The notes below the pieces were generated by a model. That model saw only the letters and a list, made by a program, of their open reading frames with translations, did no database searches and was not told where the DNA came from. A DNA stretch of 63,873 nt, filler included, from Octopus bimaculoides (Eukaryota): assembly GCF_001194135.2 (NCBI RefSeq). It is 7 parts of 6 records of this genome, joined end to end, with 100 filler letters (N's around TTAATTAATTAA, not from the genome) between each part and the next. Parts side by side here need not be neighbours in the genome. Positions count along the whole stretch, not along the records: positions 1 to 25,734 come from NC_068982.1; 6 more parts are not named here. One strand, 5' to 3'. Below are positions 11,147-24,675 of the stretch, one piece after another (the first letter of the stretch is position 1; every line of letters starts with the position of its first letter). The translations under genes were made by a program, and so were the position numbers.

Positions 11147-12224
11147 GGAACAAGGGCATAGTATGCCTGACAGAATAATGAACTCGATAGTATCCATAAA
11201 GCAAACAGCCTTTGCGTAAACGAAGATATAAACACTCGAACAGAAAAAAAAAGAAGAAACCCCTTGTAATTTCAGAAAAATGTGGCTACTATTTCTAATT
11301 GGCCAAAAGACCTCTTTGCTGGCTGATAAATGCGAAACATTTTTTTCTCTTTTAGTAGAAGAGTGCATTGCATGATGAACAAGTATGGTATGGGTTCTAG
11401 TGTTCTATAGTAAACTGTACTAAAGTGTGTGCGATGTTTAGTGTAGTGTAATGCAGTACAGTTTCATGTAGTGTAGCGTAACAAAATATTTCTTATTTAG
11501 TGCATTAGAGTGGAATGTAGCGTGATGCTTTGACTGATTCAAATATCATTTTGCTTTGAATGCGCATTTATTATATTTCACCGTGGTTTGATCTATCAGT
11601 AGTAGTAGTAGTAGTAGTAGTAGTTGTAGTTGTTTTAGTAGTCGTAGCAGCTTTTTAATTTCAGTTAACCTTGATCAAGCAGACTTACGATCAAAGATGT
11701 CCCAACCGAGGTTACATCGTCTTTTTACTTTTATTTATTTGAATTTTCTCTCCTTTCTTCTGACAGAACATCAAGAGCTATTCAATGTTTCCACCCCCTT
11801 TCTCATGACAATACGATGTGCTTTGAGGGAAATTTGGTTGATAATTCTAGCAAGTCAGGCGATTATATATAGACTCTTTTCACAGCTTCAAGCAAAAGTT
11901 ATTTTCTCTAAGATGCACTTTAGTACATGTACTGCAGTAACTCTAAGTGGTTGTAACTCTAAGACTATTTTTGTGATTGTTTACGTTCAGCCCAACCCTG
12001 ACACAGCGGGTCTATAATCAACATTACAGATTTATTCCACACATGATGTATCCTATAAATAAAAGTCCTGCTGTTGTTTTTGTTGTCGTCGTCGTCTTTG
12101 GATTTTGGTGTACGGTGTACTCGGTCAACTGATGATCCCTAGAGCCTGTATAAATTACTATTGGATAAAAAAAATGGGTAAAGCTCTTTCATGAGCCCTA
12201 TAGACTCAATAGGGCCAGAACCCC

Positions 12225-12425
12225 TGATTCTGTGAGGTTTATATGTCCTACTTGTCGGGATGCCCATTCATTGGAGGATTACTCATTTTTGTCAGCTGAA
12301 TAAACTGGAGCAACGTGAAATGAAGTGTTTTGCTCAAGAACATCACGCATCGTTCGGTCCAGATATCGAAACCACAATCTCACGATCATGAGTTCAACAC
12401 CTTAACCACTTAGCCATACGCTTCG
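12225..12425 (-). mobile_element. tRNA-derived SINE
   Basis: The minus strand starts gaagcgtatggctaagtggttaaggtgttgaactcatgatcgtgagattgtggtttcgatatc (A and B boxes). Confidence 0.75.
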
Positions 12426-12789
12426 ACTAAACTCCTAATCTTTTAATCTGACGAGCACGCTTAATATCTGCATTAATTTAAAAATCATATATGCATTAAT
12501 GCAGACATGTAAGTAATTTATTATTTATTATAAAAAATATAATAAAATAAATTATTTATACATGTTTATTAAGCTACGAAACAGTTGTCAAATATGAATA
12601 TCCAATGGTAAAATAAATTGTATCATAGTATATTTCTCTGTTTGTTTATAATTTTATACATTAAGGATCTTTTTCATGAGTACCAACGGATTAGTTGAAT
12701 CCATATATTGTGATTTAAACATATATATATATATATANNNNNNNNNNNNNNNNNNNNNNNNNNNNNNNNNNNNNNNNNNNNNNNNNNTA

Positions 12790-12950
12790 TGAAAACAAGC
12801 AAGTTTGTTAATTTGACGCTCGGAAAAAATGAAAAAGTTTTTTACGTTTCGAGCCTACGCACTTCAACAGAAAGGAATCAGAGAAAATAAACAGAGAGAG
12901 AATGAAAAAAACGTGTAGAGTTCAGCGTTCCAGCATGGCGAATGATTATA
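12790..12950 (-). mobile_element. Solo copy of the PLE terminal repeat
   Basis: The reverse complement matches 7215-7350, including cctttctgttgaagtgcgtaggctcgaaacgtaaaa. Confidence 0.75.
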
Positions 12951-13419
12951 AAAAAGAAAGGGAGATAAACGTTTATGAATTTGTTTTGCAAGATTCTTGA
13001 TGTGAAATGCTGTACTTTTATACAAATCTTATACTTTTAAAATTTCGGATGCTGCTGTCTTATAAAATCTTCCTGTCTTGTCGTTAAAAGAACGAAACAG
13101 GTAGTAATAATCAGTCGATAACTGGGGAGGAGTTAGACGTCTTTTGGTATTTTGTCCCATACTTGTCCCTCGTTGTGTATTTTTCGCTCGTTGATGAAGT
13201 CCTATATTTAATGTATATTTAAAAAAATTTATATATGTATATTGGTCGGCCAGGAGCTACTATTGTAGAAAACACTTGCCCACGGTGCCGTGTATTGGAA
13301 CTGAAACCATGGTTGTAAAACACGTGGTTGCATCCATGATTATTTTTAAATAATTTTTTGTTAACATAATCTTCAAATTGTTACATTTACATGTTATGCA
13401 GAATGTATTTTATCGTATT

Positions 13420-13780
13420 TGTTGGGACACCACCTTGAAATTTTAGTCGAAGGAATCGAACCTAGTACTTCTTTTTAAAGCCTAGTACTTATTCTCTTGA
13501 ATTCTTTTGTCGAACCACTAGGTTACGGGGACGTAAACACACCAACGTCGGTCGACAAGCAATTGTGGAGGACAAACACAGACACACACACAGACACACA
13601 CAGACACACACACACACATGACAGGTTTTCAGATTTTGTCTATTAAATCCACTGACAAGGCTTTGGTCGGCTCGATGTTATAGTGGAAGCCAGTTGCCCA
13701 AAATCACAAACAAGGGGACTGAACTCGGAGCTATGTGGTTGGGAAGCCAGCCTCTTACCACATAGCGACGCCTGTGCCTA
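13420..13780 (-). mobile_element. Near full-length family-B SINE
   Basis: tRNA-like head (ggcgtcgctatgtggtaagaggctggcttcccaaccacatagctccgagttcagtcccc), central GT/CA microsatellite linker and conserved 3' half. An extra head fragment lies at 13243-13325. Confidence 0.8.
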
Positions 13781-14129
13781 TATTTTATGTTTTCTTCCAT
13801 AGCTATTACATTATATTTCAGTTTTATTTTTTGATGGGCTGGCTTTTATTTTTACACAGTTCTTGTAGCTGCTTTCATAAATGTTATTGTTGTTTTTGCA
13901 ATTTTATTATTACTGTCGTAGTTGTATTTCTAATTGTTGTTGTTGTTGTTGTAGCTTTTATTACTGTTTTTGCTATTCTTGTTGTTATTCTTTATCATAT
14001 TTTTGTTGTTGTTGTTGTTGTTGCTGCTGATGTTTTTTCAATGATTCATCTTGTATTGGATTTTTATGTTGTCCAGCTTTCATTTTAGAGCAATTAGTCT
14101 TGTATATTGACTACAGTAACTCTTCGCAC

Positions 14130-14171
<42 letters not shown>

Positions 14172-14289
14172 ATTGTTGTTGTTGTTGTTGTAGATGTCGT
14201 TGTTGTTGGTATCAGCAGTTGTAGTAGTGGTGGTTGAACAAGATAGAATAATATTTGGTAAAAGTGATGCATTTTGTTATAATTATCAA

Positions 14290-14862
14290 CTTTTGACACA
14301 AGGCCAGCGATTTAGAGGGAAAGGATACGTCGATTACTTCGACCCTAGTGCTTGGTTAGTACTTACTTTATCGACCCCGAAAGGATGAAAGGCAAAGTCA
14401 ACTTCGACGGAATTTGAACTCAGAACATAAAGACGCACGAAATACCGCTAAGCATTGTCCGTCTTTACGCCCTGAGTTCAAGTCCCATCGTGGTCGACTT
14501 CGTCTCTCATACTTTCGGGAGTCGATAAAATAAGCACCAGTCGAGCATTGGGGTCTATGTAATCGATGATTCATCTCCCCTAAAATTGTTGGCTTTGTGT
14601 CAAAATTTGAAACCATTATTATTGAGACGATGTACCGGGAAAATCGTTAGCGCGTCGGACAAATCGCTTTGCGGCATTTATTCCGGTTCTTTACGTTCTG
14701 AGTCCAAAATACCGCTGAGGTCAACTTTGCCTTTTATATCTCCAAAATCAATTAAACAAAATGCCAATCAGGTACTGGTGTCCACGTCACCGACTTGACT
14801 CACTTACCTTAAAAAAAAAGTTGCTTGCATTGTGTCAAAATTTGAAACCATTATTATAACTT

Positions 14863-14865
<3 letters not shown>
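14290..14865. mobile_element. Cluster of three family-A SINE pieces (one minus, two plus)
   Basis: gaccccgaaaggatgaaaggcaaagtcaacttcgacggaatttgaactcag (-, 14290-14460); plus-strand copies at about 14460-14620 and 14630-14860. Confidence 0.75.
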
Positions 14866-14898
<33 letters not shown>

Positions 14899-15179
14899 TG
14901 GCGGTGGTGCTAGTAGTAAGTAATAGTAGTAGTAGTAGTATGGTGGTGGGGGTGGCAGTAGTAGTTGTGGAAGTTGTGACACCGTTGGTTTCAAAGGTAT
15001 GTCCCGCTCAGGGTAGCGCCGCTGTTAGGAACGTGGTGGTAGTACTGTCGATCGTAGTAAATGTTCAATGGAGTGATTCCTATTAGTTTTAGAAGCAGCA
15101 GAAATAGTCGAGGTGGTGATGTAACAAATGTCGCTGTGCTGGAAGTAGAAGTGTGACGGTTTCAAAACATCTGCAGTTG

Positions 15180-16028
15180 TATTAGGTGTAATAGTGAGGT
15201 GCTGATAGTGGAGATAGAGCTGTTGCGATGGTAATAGTAGGATTGATGGTAATGGTGGTGGTAATGGTGGTGGTGATGGTGGTGGTGATGGTGGTGGTGA
15301 TGGTGGTGGTGATAGTGACAGTAGTAGTGGTGGCGGTGATGGTAGTGATGGTGGTGGTGGTGTCGGTGGTGTCGGTGGTGGTGTTATAGTGGTGGTGATG
15401 GTGCTGGTGGAAGTGGTGGTGACGGAGGTGGTGGTAGTGGTGGCGGTGGTGGTGATGGTGGCGGTGGTGGTTTTGATGGTGCCAGTGGTAGTGGTGTCGG
15501 TNNNNNNNNNNNNNNNNNNNNNNNNNNNNNNNNNNNNNNNNNNNNNNNNNNNNNNNNNNNNNNNNNNNNNNNNNNNNNNNNNNNNNNNNNNNNNNNNNNN
15601 NNNNNNNNNNNNNNNNNNNNNNNNNNNNNNNNNNNNNNNNNNNNNNNNNNNNGGTAGTGATGGTGGTGGTGGTAGTGATGGTGGTGGTGATGGTAGCGGT
15701 GGTGGTGGTGAAGGTGGCGGTGGTAGTGGTGGTAATGCTGGTGGTAGGGGCGGTGGTGGTTGTGGTTGTAGTAGTGATGATGCTGGTCGGCATAGTAGGG
15801 GTATCGTGTTAAGGAGGACGAGAGTAGTGGTAATGATGATATCGACGTTGATGATGATGGCGATAATGACACGGCATCGGTGACGACGATTATGATGGTG
15901 TCGACGATGACGACGACGACGACAATTACGATAAAGATGATGATGATGATGATGATGATGATGAAGACAACGACTGCGGCGACCACCAAAACGTTTACAA
16001 CGACAATGATGGTGATGACGATGATGAC

Positions 16029-16061
<33 letters not shown>

Positions 16062-16062
16062 A

Positions 16063-16114
<52 letters not shown>

Positions 16115-17520
16115 CGACAACGTAGACGAATGCGAATACGATGGTGGTGATGACGACGACGACGATGATGATGATGATGGTGATGATGATGATGATGAGG
16201 AGGAGGAGGAGGAGGAGGAGGATAACGACTTCGTCAATATTGGCAATGATACTGGTGTTGCTAGTTTATGTGATAACATCATCATCATCATTGTCACAAC
16301 CACCACCACCATCACCACTACCNNNNNNNNNNNNNNNNNNNNNNNNNNNNNNNNNNNNNNNNNNNNNNNNNNNNNNNNNNNNNNNNNNNNNNNNNNNNNN
16401 NNNNNNNNNNNNNNNNNNNNNNNNNNNNNNNNNNNNNNNNNNNNNNNNNNNNNNNNNNNNNNNNNNNNNNNNNNNNNNNNNNNNNNNNNNNNNNNNNNNN
16501 NNNNNNNNNNNNNNNNNNNNNNNNNNNNNNNNNNNNNNNNNNNNNNNNNNNNNNNNNNNNNNNNNNNNNNNNNNNNNNNNNNNNNNNNNNNNNNNNNNNN
16601 NNNNNNNNNNNNNNNNNNNNNNNNNNNNNNNNNNNNNNNNNNNNNNNNNNNNNNNNNNNNNNNNNNNNNNNNNNNNNNNNNNNNNNNNNNNNNNNNNNNN
16701 NNNNNNNNNNNNNNNNNNNNNNNNNNNNNNNNNNNNNNNNNNNNNNNNNNNNNNNNNNNNNNNNNNNNNNNNNNNNNNNNNNNNNNNNNNNNNNNNNNNN
16801 NNNNNNNNNNNNNNNNNNNNNNNNNNNNNNNNNNNNNNNNNNNNNNNNNNNNNNNNNNNNNNNNNNNNNNNNNNNNNNNNNNNNNNNNNNNNNNNNNNNN
16901 NNNNNNNNNNNNNNNNNNNNNNNNNNNNNNNNNNNNNNNNNNNNNNNNNNNNNNNNNNNNNNNNNNNNNNNNNNNNNNNNNNNNNNNNNNNNNNNNNNNN
17001 NNNNNNNNNNNNNNNNNNNNNNNNNNNNGGTGATGGTGGTGGAGGTGTTGGTAGTGGTGGCGGAGGTGTTGGTAGTGGTGGTGGTGGTGGTGGTGGTGAT
17101 GTCGGCGGTGTTGGTAGCAGTGGTGTTGGTAGTGGTGGTGATGTTATTGCTGTTGTCGTTGGTGGTGATGGTGGCGGCGATGGTGGTGATGGTCGTGACG
17201 ATGGTGGTGGTGGTGGTTGTAGCTCTGGTGGTGTTGGTGGTGGAACTCGTCGTGTTGGTGGCAGTGCTAGTGGTAGCTGTGGTGGCGACAAAGTCAGTTT
17301 GTAGTTGCAGTGTTGTTGATACTGGAGGTTGTGGTGGTAGCAGAAGTGGTGGAAGAGGCTGAGTGAAGTAATGGTGACTGTTATTGTTGTTGTTGTGATG
17401 GTTGTGGTAGTAATGGTGGTGGTGGTGGTGGTGGTAGGAATTGCGGCCGTAGTATTTGGTGACGATGGTTAAGCGAGGAGTGGGTGTAGTGGTAGGGATC
17501 ACTGTCCTCATTTCGAACGA
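15180..17520. repeat. Cryptic trinucleotide arrays (GGT/GAT/GAC/GAG) broken by gaps
   Basis: Directly visible; the poly-T/V/M/G/P/S ORFs in all frames are its by-product. Confidence 0.93.
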
Positions 17521-18254
17521 GACGGTGGGACGAAGTTGTCGGTTGGGGGTCATGATGATAGCGAGGGTTAGAGGTAGGTTAGACTTAAGTTAATGATGGC
17601 GCATAGTTGTGACGTTATTGTTTAGCTCAAGTCAGCCTTGACGTCATATATGGATCCTTGGGGATCCATAGAAGATGTTTTGGGGTTCACACAAGCAAAA
17701 TAGTTGGATTGGGGCCCTACGGTAGTGTTTTAGGGGATCCATGAAAGAAATATTGCTTTAGACGTATACATTGCCAGAAGTAAAGTAAAGACGCATGACC
17801 TGGCGGTAAAGGTGCTGCACTCACGATCGCGATACCGAGGTTTCGATTCTCAAACCGGTTCTGCGTTGTGTTCTTGAGCACAACACTTCAGTCCACTTTA
17901 CTCCAGTCCACGCGGCTGTAAATGATTACCATTGCAACTGATTGGTGCATAAGGGTGAGTTGGCGACTCAGGAAAATTACCCAAAAGGTAGTTTCGCAAT
18001 TTATGTTTTATAATCAGCGATCGAATGGATAAATAGTATAACCCGTACTGTGAATCATGTTCTCTTAGACGCTGGGATACAAATATACGGAACCCAATAT
18101 GCCCATCGTGACTACCCGTCTCATAAGGGTGCACCAGGCACTTGCATCACAACCATATGTGCACCGCAGCATGGTGGCCTCACAAGTGAACGTGTGAAAA
18201 ACCAAAATAAGAATTTTGAAAGAAGTATCTGTAAAACTAATTTTTGAATATCAA

Positions 18255-18345
18255 ATGGCTATAGGGGGTGGGGTGGAGTCCACTAAAATAAAATAGTAAT
18301 CAAAGGGGTCCAGAGGTGAAAAAATGGTTAAAAACCACTGGACTA
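18255..18345 (-). mobile_element. hAT-type MITE end
   Basis: Minus strand reads cagtggtttttaaccattttttcacctctggacccctttg, resembling CAGTGGTTCTCAACC hAT termini. Related ggggatccat-rich sequence lies at 17645-17745. Confidence 0.5.
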
Positions 18346-18468
18346 GGCATATGACGATAGACGACCCATTTCTGGCCATCAAGTCTTTCATCAATTGCGT
18401 GTACCATGATATCTAGAATCAACGATGAATGAATCAGTGATAAACGAGGATAGATATATAACAAAGAA

Positions 18469-18695
18469 AAGCGAATTGGCTGAATCGTTAAAGCGCGAGA
18501 CAAGATATTTTGCGGTATTTCTTCCGGCTCTTTATGTTCTGTGTTCAACTCTTACAAAGCTCAAATTTTTTTTTCATCCTTTCGATGTCGATAAAATAAA
18601 GTACAAGGGAAGTACTGGAATCGATGACATCGACGAATCTTCTGCACTACTCAAAATTTTTAGCCTTTTGCCAAAATCAGAAATCATTATTCATC
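18469..18695 (+). mobile_element. Family-A SINE
   Basis: gcgaattggctgaatcgttaaagcg...gttcaactc...catcctttcgatgtcgataaaataaagtac...gccttttgccaaaat. Confidence 0.75.
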
Positions 18696-18699
18696 AGCT

Positions 18700-19190
18700 A
18701 TCAGTCAGGCGTCCTACCTATGTTCTGGGGGCGGCTTATCAAAACTGTTCAATTTCCTCGGTCTGTGTTGAACTACATGTATACATTCAGCCAAACTCTT
18801 GTTTCCATTCCATTCTTTGACGTCGTCAGCCCACAAACGTCTTTGACGACCTCTTGGTCTCTTCCCCTCCACACTTCCTGTCAGAATTATCTTGGGCAGT
18901 GACACGTTGCGGGTTTTTTTAATCACCAATACATGATAGCTTTAAGAATTTAAATCTTGAAAATAAGTGCCTTTGGACTTTCAGCTGTTTTTTTTAGCAC
19001 TGCAGCGTTTGTTACCTTGTCTTTCCGGTTTATTCTGCCCTTTCTGTGAAAGATCCACCTCTCAAATCTATTTATCTTCTTTTCCATTGCTTTGTAAATT
19101 GTCCAGGTTTCTGCGCCGTAGAGGACAAATGATATAATATAATAAACCCTTATTAAAGGCACGGTGCACGATTTTGCACTACTAAACAAC
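18700..19190 (-). mobile_element. RTE-clade LINE 3' fragment (decayed)
   Basis: ORFs 18950-19189 and 18714-18929 give LYGAETWTIYKAMEKKINRFE.W and ILTGSVEGKRPRGRQRRLWADDVKEW, hallmark RTE C-terminal motifs. Confidence 0.88.
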
Positions 19191-19519
19191 TATTAGACGA
19201 TTATACTATTATATCCATTTAATACGACACTGCAGTATTACGCAATTACATCGTTGCACCGTTACGCTATTGGCCATTTCACAGATCGTCGCTCTATTAT
19301 ATCACTACAATATTGCGATTAATACGTCATACGATTTAGCCTGTACCACTAGTAAACTTGACCATTACTCCATGAGCCAATAAAGGAGCCTCTACACACT
19401 TACACAACATGCTAGAAATAGCAACTGAATCTTCTTCATATTACATCCTATTTTAAGGCGGCGAGCTGGAAGAATCGTTAGCACGTCGGTCCTTAGAGGG
19501 AATTTCTTCCAGTTATTCT

Positions 19520-19740
19520 GTTACTTGTGTCAGTCATTAGACTGTGGACATGCTAGAGCAACACTTTAAAGGGTTTTTAGTCGTAGAAATCAGCCCGAGG
19601 ATTTATTCTTTGTAATCCTAGTACTTATTCTATCCGCTCCTTTTGCCGAACCGCAAAGTTACGAGGACGCAAATACACCAACACCGGTTGTCAAGTGATG
19701 GGTGGAAGACAGACACAGACACACACACACACACACATAC
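19520..19740 (-). mobile_element. 3' half of family-B SINE
   Basis: ctagtacttattctatccgctccttttgccgaaccgcaaagttacg matches the reverse complement of the family-B body. Confidence 0.8.
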
Positions 19741-20679
19741 ATACATATACATATACACATATATATATATATATATATANNNNNNNNNNNNNNNNNNNNN
19801 NNNNNNNNNNNNNNNNNNNNNNNNNNNNNNNNNNNNNNNNNNNNNNNNNNNNNNNNNNNNNNNNNNNNNNNNNNNNNNNNNNNNNNNNNNNNNNNNNNNN
19901 NNNNNNNNNNNNNNNNNNNNNNNNNNNNNNNNNNNNNNNNNNNNNNNNNNNNNNNNNNNNNNNNNNNNNNNNNNNNNNNNNNNNNNNNNNNNNNNNNNNN
20001 NNNNNNNNNNNNNNNNNNNNNNNNNNNNNNNNNNNNNNNNNNNNNNNNNNNNNNNNNNNNNNNNNNNNNNNNNNNNNNNNNNNNNNNNNNNNNNNNNNNN
20101 NNNNNNNNNNNNNNNNNNNNNNNNNNNNNNNNNNNNNNNNNNNNNNNNNNNNNNNNNNNNNNNNNNNNNNNNNNNNNNNNNNNNNNNNNNNNNNNNNNNN
20201 NNNNNNNNNNNNNNNNNNNNNNNNNNNNNNNNNNNNNNNNNNNNNNNNNNNNNNNNNNNNNNNNNNNNNNNNNNNNNNNNNNNNNNNNNNNNNNNNNNNN
20301 NNNNNNNNNNNNNNNNNNNNNNNNNNNNNNNNNNNNNNNNNNNNNNNNNNNNNNNNNNNNNNNNNNNNNNNNNNNNNNNNNNNNNNNNNNNNNNNNNNNN
20401 NNNNNNNNNNNNNNNNNNNNNNNNNNNNNNNNNNNNNNNNNNNNNNNNNNNNNNNNNNNNNNNNNNNNNNNNNNNNNNNNNNNNNNNNNNNNNNNNNNNN
20501 NNNNNNNNNNNNNNNNNNNNNNNNNNNNNNNNNNNNNNNNNNNNNNNNNNNNNNNNNNNNNNNNNNNNNNNNNNNNNNNNNNNNNNNNNNNNNNNNNNNN
20601 NNNNNNNNNNNNNNNNNNNNNNNNNNNNNNNNNNNNNNNNNNNNNNNNNNNNNNNNNNNNNNNNNNNNNNNNNNNNNNN

Positions 20680-20716
<37 letters not shown>

Positions 20717-20744
20717 TATACATATATATGTGTGTGTGTGTCTT

Positions 20745-20890
20745 TACGTTCTGAACTCGAATTCCTCTGTGGTCGACGATGCCTTTCGGGGGTCGAAAAA
20801 ATAAATACTAGTTAAGCACTGAAGCCGATGTAATCGACTAATCCATAATCCTTGAAATTACTGGCCTTGTGCCAAAATTTGAAACTATAT
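20745..20890 (+). mobile_element. 3' part of family-A SINE
   Basis: ttacgttctgaactcgaattcc...ggggtcgaaaaaataaatac...ggccttgtgccaaaatttgaaac. Confidence 0.75.
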
Positions 20891-21896
20891 TACATCCTGC
20901 ATTCTTCAGAAAATAACAACACATTGGATAATATATTCCAAGGTACATGATCTTCCAGAAAATAAATACGACGCTTCTAGAATGTCTTTGAATATAAGTC
21001 TATACCGATGCCGCTCGTCTGGAGCTTTACAACAGCAGCATCAGCAGTAGCACCACCACCACCACCACCAACAACAACAACAATAGCAGAAGAAATATTG
21101 TATGTTAGAAAGAGAACAAAAGCGGCGTGTCCAACAACGTTTGCAGCCATGTCAAATAACAACGCGCCATTTTTCTTATTCTGCTCTCATAATCTAAGAT
21201 TTCACTTATACAGCATTTTGGCAACAACAGGAATAGGGATTATGAAAATCCCATTTCACAAGTACACGCCTTCAACGATTATATGTACTAACCGTGATAA
21301 TTTTAGTATGTTTTCTTTGGTGTATGAATATATAATACTCATATGTATATGTGCGTGCATGTGTGTGTGAGTGTGTATGTATATACAGTTATAAGACATT
21401 TATATACACATACGAGAACATATTTCAAAATGTACTCGTCTGTGTTTGTTGCATAAATATACAGGCGTGTACACATACAATTACATATACACACAGTTAT
21501 ATATAAATATAAATATCTAAGAGATACCACCTCGCTTGAAATAGCAGTCAAAGCTTGACTCTAAAACTACAATAAATGTTCATATAGCACCAGGAGAGAA
21601 GACGAAGAGACAAAATAAACTAGCAAAAAATTACTGGATAATTCCAGATCCCGGATTTCTGGCTCTGCATAAGAAATGCTTTGCCTCATCAGTGGAATAT
21701 ACTCAGAAAAGCACATAAATAAAATATATATATATATATATATATATACAACATACGATATACTTACATGTACGAACGTATACATACATATATATGCACG
21801 TATGCACGCGACCAGTTTAAATTGCCCGCCTAAAAACTCCTCGTGCGATATGGTCAGAATATCACCGCAGTAAATATAATGACGAAATAAATATAC

Positions 21897-22052
21897 AAAT
21901 TTATATAAATAAAGATAAGATCGATATCTAAATACCGATTTAATCAGGTGGCCAGCATGGGAATAAAAACCTTTGATGGTTTTTATTCCCATGCTGGCTA
22001 CTTGAGATAATCGGTATTTAAATATCGATCTAATCCTTATTTATATAAATTT
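21897..22052. repeat. 156-bp imperfect palindrome (75-bp arms, 6-nt loop) inside a ~333-bp direct repeat
   Basis: Arms 21897-21971 and 21978-22052 differ at about 8 of 75 positions. The flanking ~110-bp segment is repeated at 21748 and 22081. Confidence 0.9.
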
Positions 22053-22909
22053 ATAAATATATATATATATATATATATATACAACATACGATATACTTAC
22101 ATGTACGAACGTATACATACATATATATGCACGTATGCACGCGACCAGTTTAAATTGCCCGCCTAAANNNNNNNNNNNNNNNNNNNNNNNNNNNNNNNNN
22201 NNNNNNNNNNNNNNNNNNNNNNNNNNNNNNNNNNNNNNNNNNNNNNNNNNNNNNNNNNNNNNNNNNNNNNNNNNNNNNNNNNNNNNNNNNNNNNNNNNNN
22301 NNNNNNNNNNNNNNNNNNNNNNNNNNNNNNNNNNNNNNNNNNNNNNNNNNNNNNNNNNNNNNNNNNNNNNNNNNNNNNNNNNNNNNNNNNNNNNNNNNNN
22401 NNNNNNNNNNNNNNNNNNNNNNNNNNNNNNNNNNNNNNNNNNNNNNNNNNNNNNNNNNNNNNNNNNNNNNNNNNNNNNNNNNNNNNNNNNNNNNNNNNNN
22501 NNNNNNNNNNNNNNNNNNNNNNNNNNNNNNNNNNNNNNNNNNNNNNNNNNNNNNNNNNNNNNNNNNNNNNNNNNNNNNNNNNNNNNNNNNNNNNNNNNNN
22601 NNNNNNNNNNNNNNNNNNNNNNNNNNNNNNNNNNNNNNNNNNNNNNNNNNNNNNNNNNNNNNNNNNNNNNNNNNNNNNNNNNNNNNNNNNNNNNNNNNNN
22701 NNNNNNNNNNNNNNNNNNNNNNNNNNNNNNNNNNNNNNNNNNNNNNNNNNNNNNNNNNNNNNNNNNNNNNNNNNNNNNNNNNNNNNNNNNNNNNNNNNNN
22801 NNNNNNNNNNNNNNNNNNNNNNNNNNNNNNNNNNNNNNNNNNNNNNNNNNNNNNNNNNNNNNNNNNNNNNNNNNNNNNNNNNNNNNNNNNNNNNNNNNNN
22901 NNNNNNNNN

Positions 22910-22941
<32 letters not shown>

Positions 22942-23254
22942 CGTTGGTTCCATAAATAGTGTGACCAAGTAGAACTGTAATGCATAAGGACATTCGATAC
23001 ATGTCGTATAATGTACTGTGGCATCGTATAACCATTGTTTCCGTTTTTTTTTAAAGTTGATATTTAGTCCGAGATGGCTGGGAGGTCACCGCATCGGAGA
23101 AAATGCTTTACGGCTTACTACGTTCTAAGTTAAAATTCCGCCAAGGCCAGCTTTTGCTTTTTATTTCATATGAGTGAATATATTTGTGTGTGTGCGTGTG
23201 TGTATTTCTATGTATCTATTTTTTCGTAGTAGTGTGTCAGAATATGAGTGTAAG

Positions 23255-23454
23255 TAAGGCTGAGAGCTGGCAGAAACGTTAGCACGCCGGGCAAAATGCT
23301 TAGCGATATTTCGTCTGTCTTTACGTTCTGAGTTCAAATTCCGCGCAAGGTCGACTTTGCCTTTCATTCNNNNNNNNNNTGAGCACTGGGGTCGATGCAA
23401 TCGACTTAACTCCTCCCGCGAAAGTGCTGGTCTTGTGTCAAAATTTGAAACCAA
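23255..23454 (+). mobile_element. Family-A SINE
   Basis: taaggctgagagctggcagaaacgttagcacgccgggcaaaatgcttagc...aaaatttgaaacc. A decayed partner lies at about 23075-23160. Confidence 0.85.
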
Positions 23455-24628
23455 CATGAGGGTATGTATGAGCATGTGTACTATAATGACTGAAAGAAAT
23501 TACGGGGAAGACGCACTTGATAAACTCCCCCCCCCCTTTCAGTTTATTTCACTGGTTGCATAATTGTAATCCTCATTGTCAAAATAAACATGGCCAACAT
23601 CATCACCATCATCATCAGCGGTAACAGCAATAGCAGCAGAAGCAGTAGGAGCAGTAGCGGCAATTGAAATAAATATTATCATAGACATCATTATGAACAT
23701 CATTATGAACATCATTATGAACATCATTATGTTTCTCAATATTGATGACATCATCATCATCGTCATCGTCGTCGTCATGGTAATCATCATTATTGTCGTC
23801 AACGCTGCCACTGACTCCACCGCCACTACCACTACCACTACCACCACTAGTAGCAACTCCATCATCATAATCATGATTATCATCATCATCATCGTCATAG
23901 TCCCGAAATCACTATACCTAAAAGAAATACGAGATCATCAGGGCTGAAGAACCTTTGATCCTAAGTCCATTTGATCCCCGGGGCCAAAAAACCACACGCA
24001 AAAGAAAACAGAATAGAATAAAATAATAATAAAAAAACAGTAACACAATCGCCGCCACCACCACCAACNNNNNNNNNNNNNNNNNNNNNNNNNNNNNNNN
24101 NNNNNNNNNNNNNNNNNNNNNNNNNNNNNNNNNNNNNNNNNNNNNNNNNNNNNNNNNNNNNNNNNNNNNNNNNNNNNNNNNNNNNNNNNNNNNNNNNNNN
24201 NNNNNNNNNNNNNNNNNNNNNNNNNNNNNNNNNNNNNNNNNNNNNNNNNNNNNNNNNNNNNNNNNNNNNNNNNNNNNNNNNNNNNNNNNNNNNNNNNNNN
24301 NNNNNNNNNNNNNNNNNNNNNNNNNNNNNNNNNNNNNNNNNNNNNNNNNNNNNNNNNNNNNNNNNNNNNNNNNNNNNNNNNNNNNNNNNNNNNNNNNNNN
24401 NNNNNNNNNNNNNNNNNNNNNNNNNNNNNNNNNNNNNNNNNNNNNNNNNNNNNNNNNNNNNNNNNNNNNNNNNNNNNNNNNNNNNNNNNNNNNNNNNNNN
24501 NNNNNNNNNNNNNNNNNNNNNNNNNNNNNNNNNNNNNNNNNNNNNNNNNNNNNNNNNNNNNNNNNNNNNNNNNNNNNNNNNNNNNNNNNNNNNNNNNNNN
24601 NNNNNNNNNNNNNNNNNNNNNNNNNNNN

Positions 24629-24675
<47 letters not shown>

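Noticed and set aside
21008-21370. 120-aa plus-strand ORF
   Set aside because: It is built around CAG/CCA/CAA repeats, with no recognisable domain and no convincing splice or start context.
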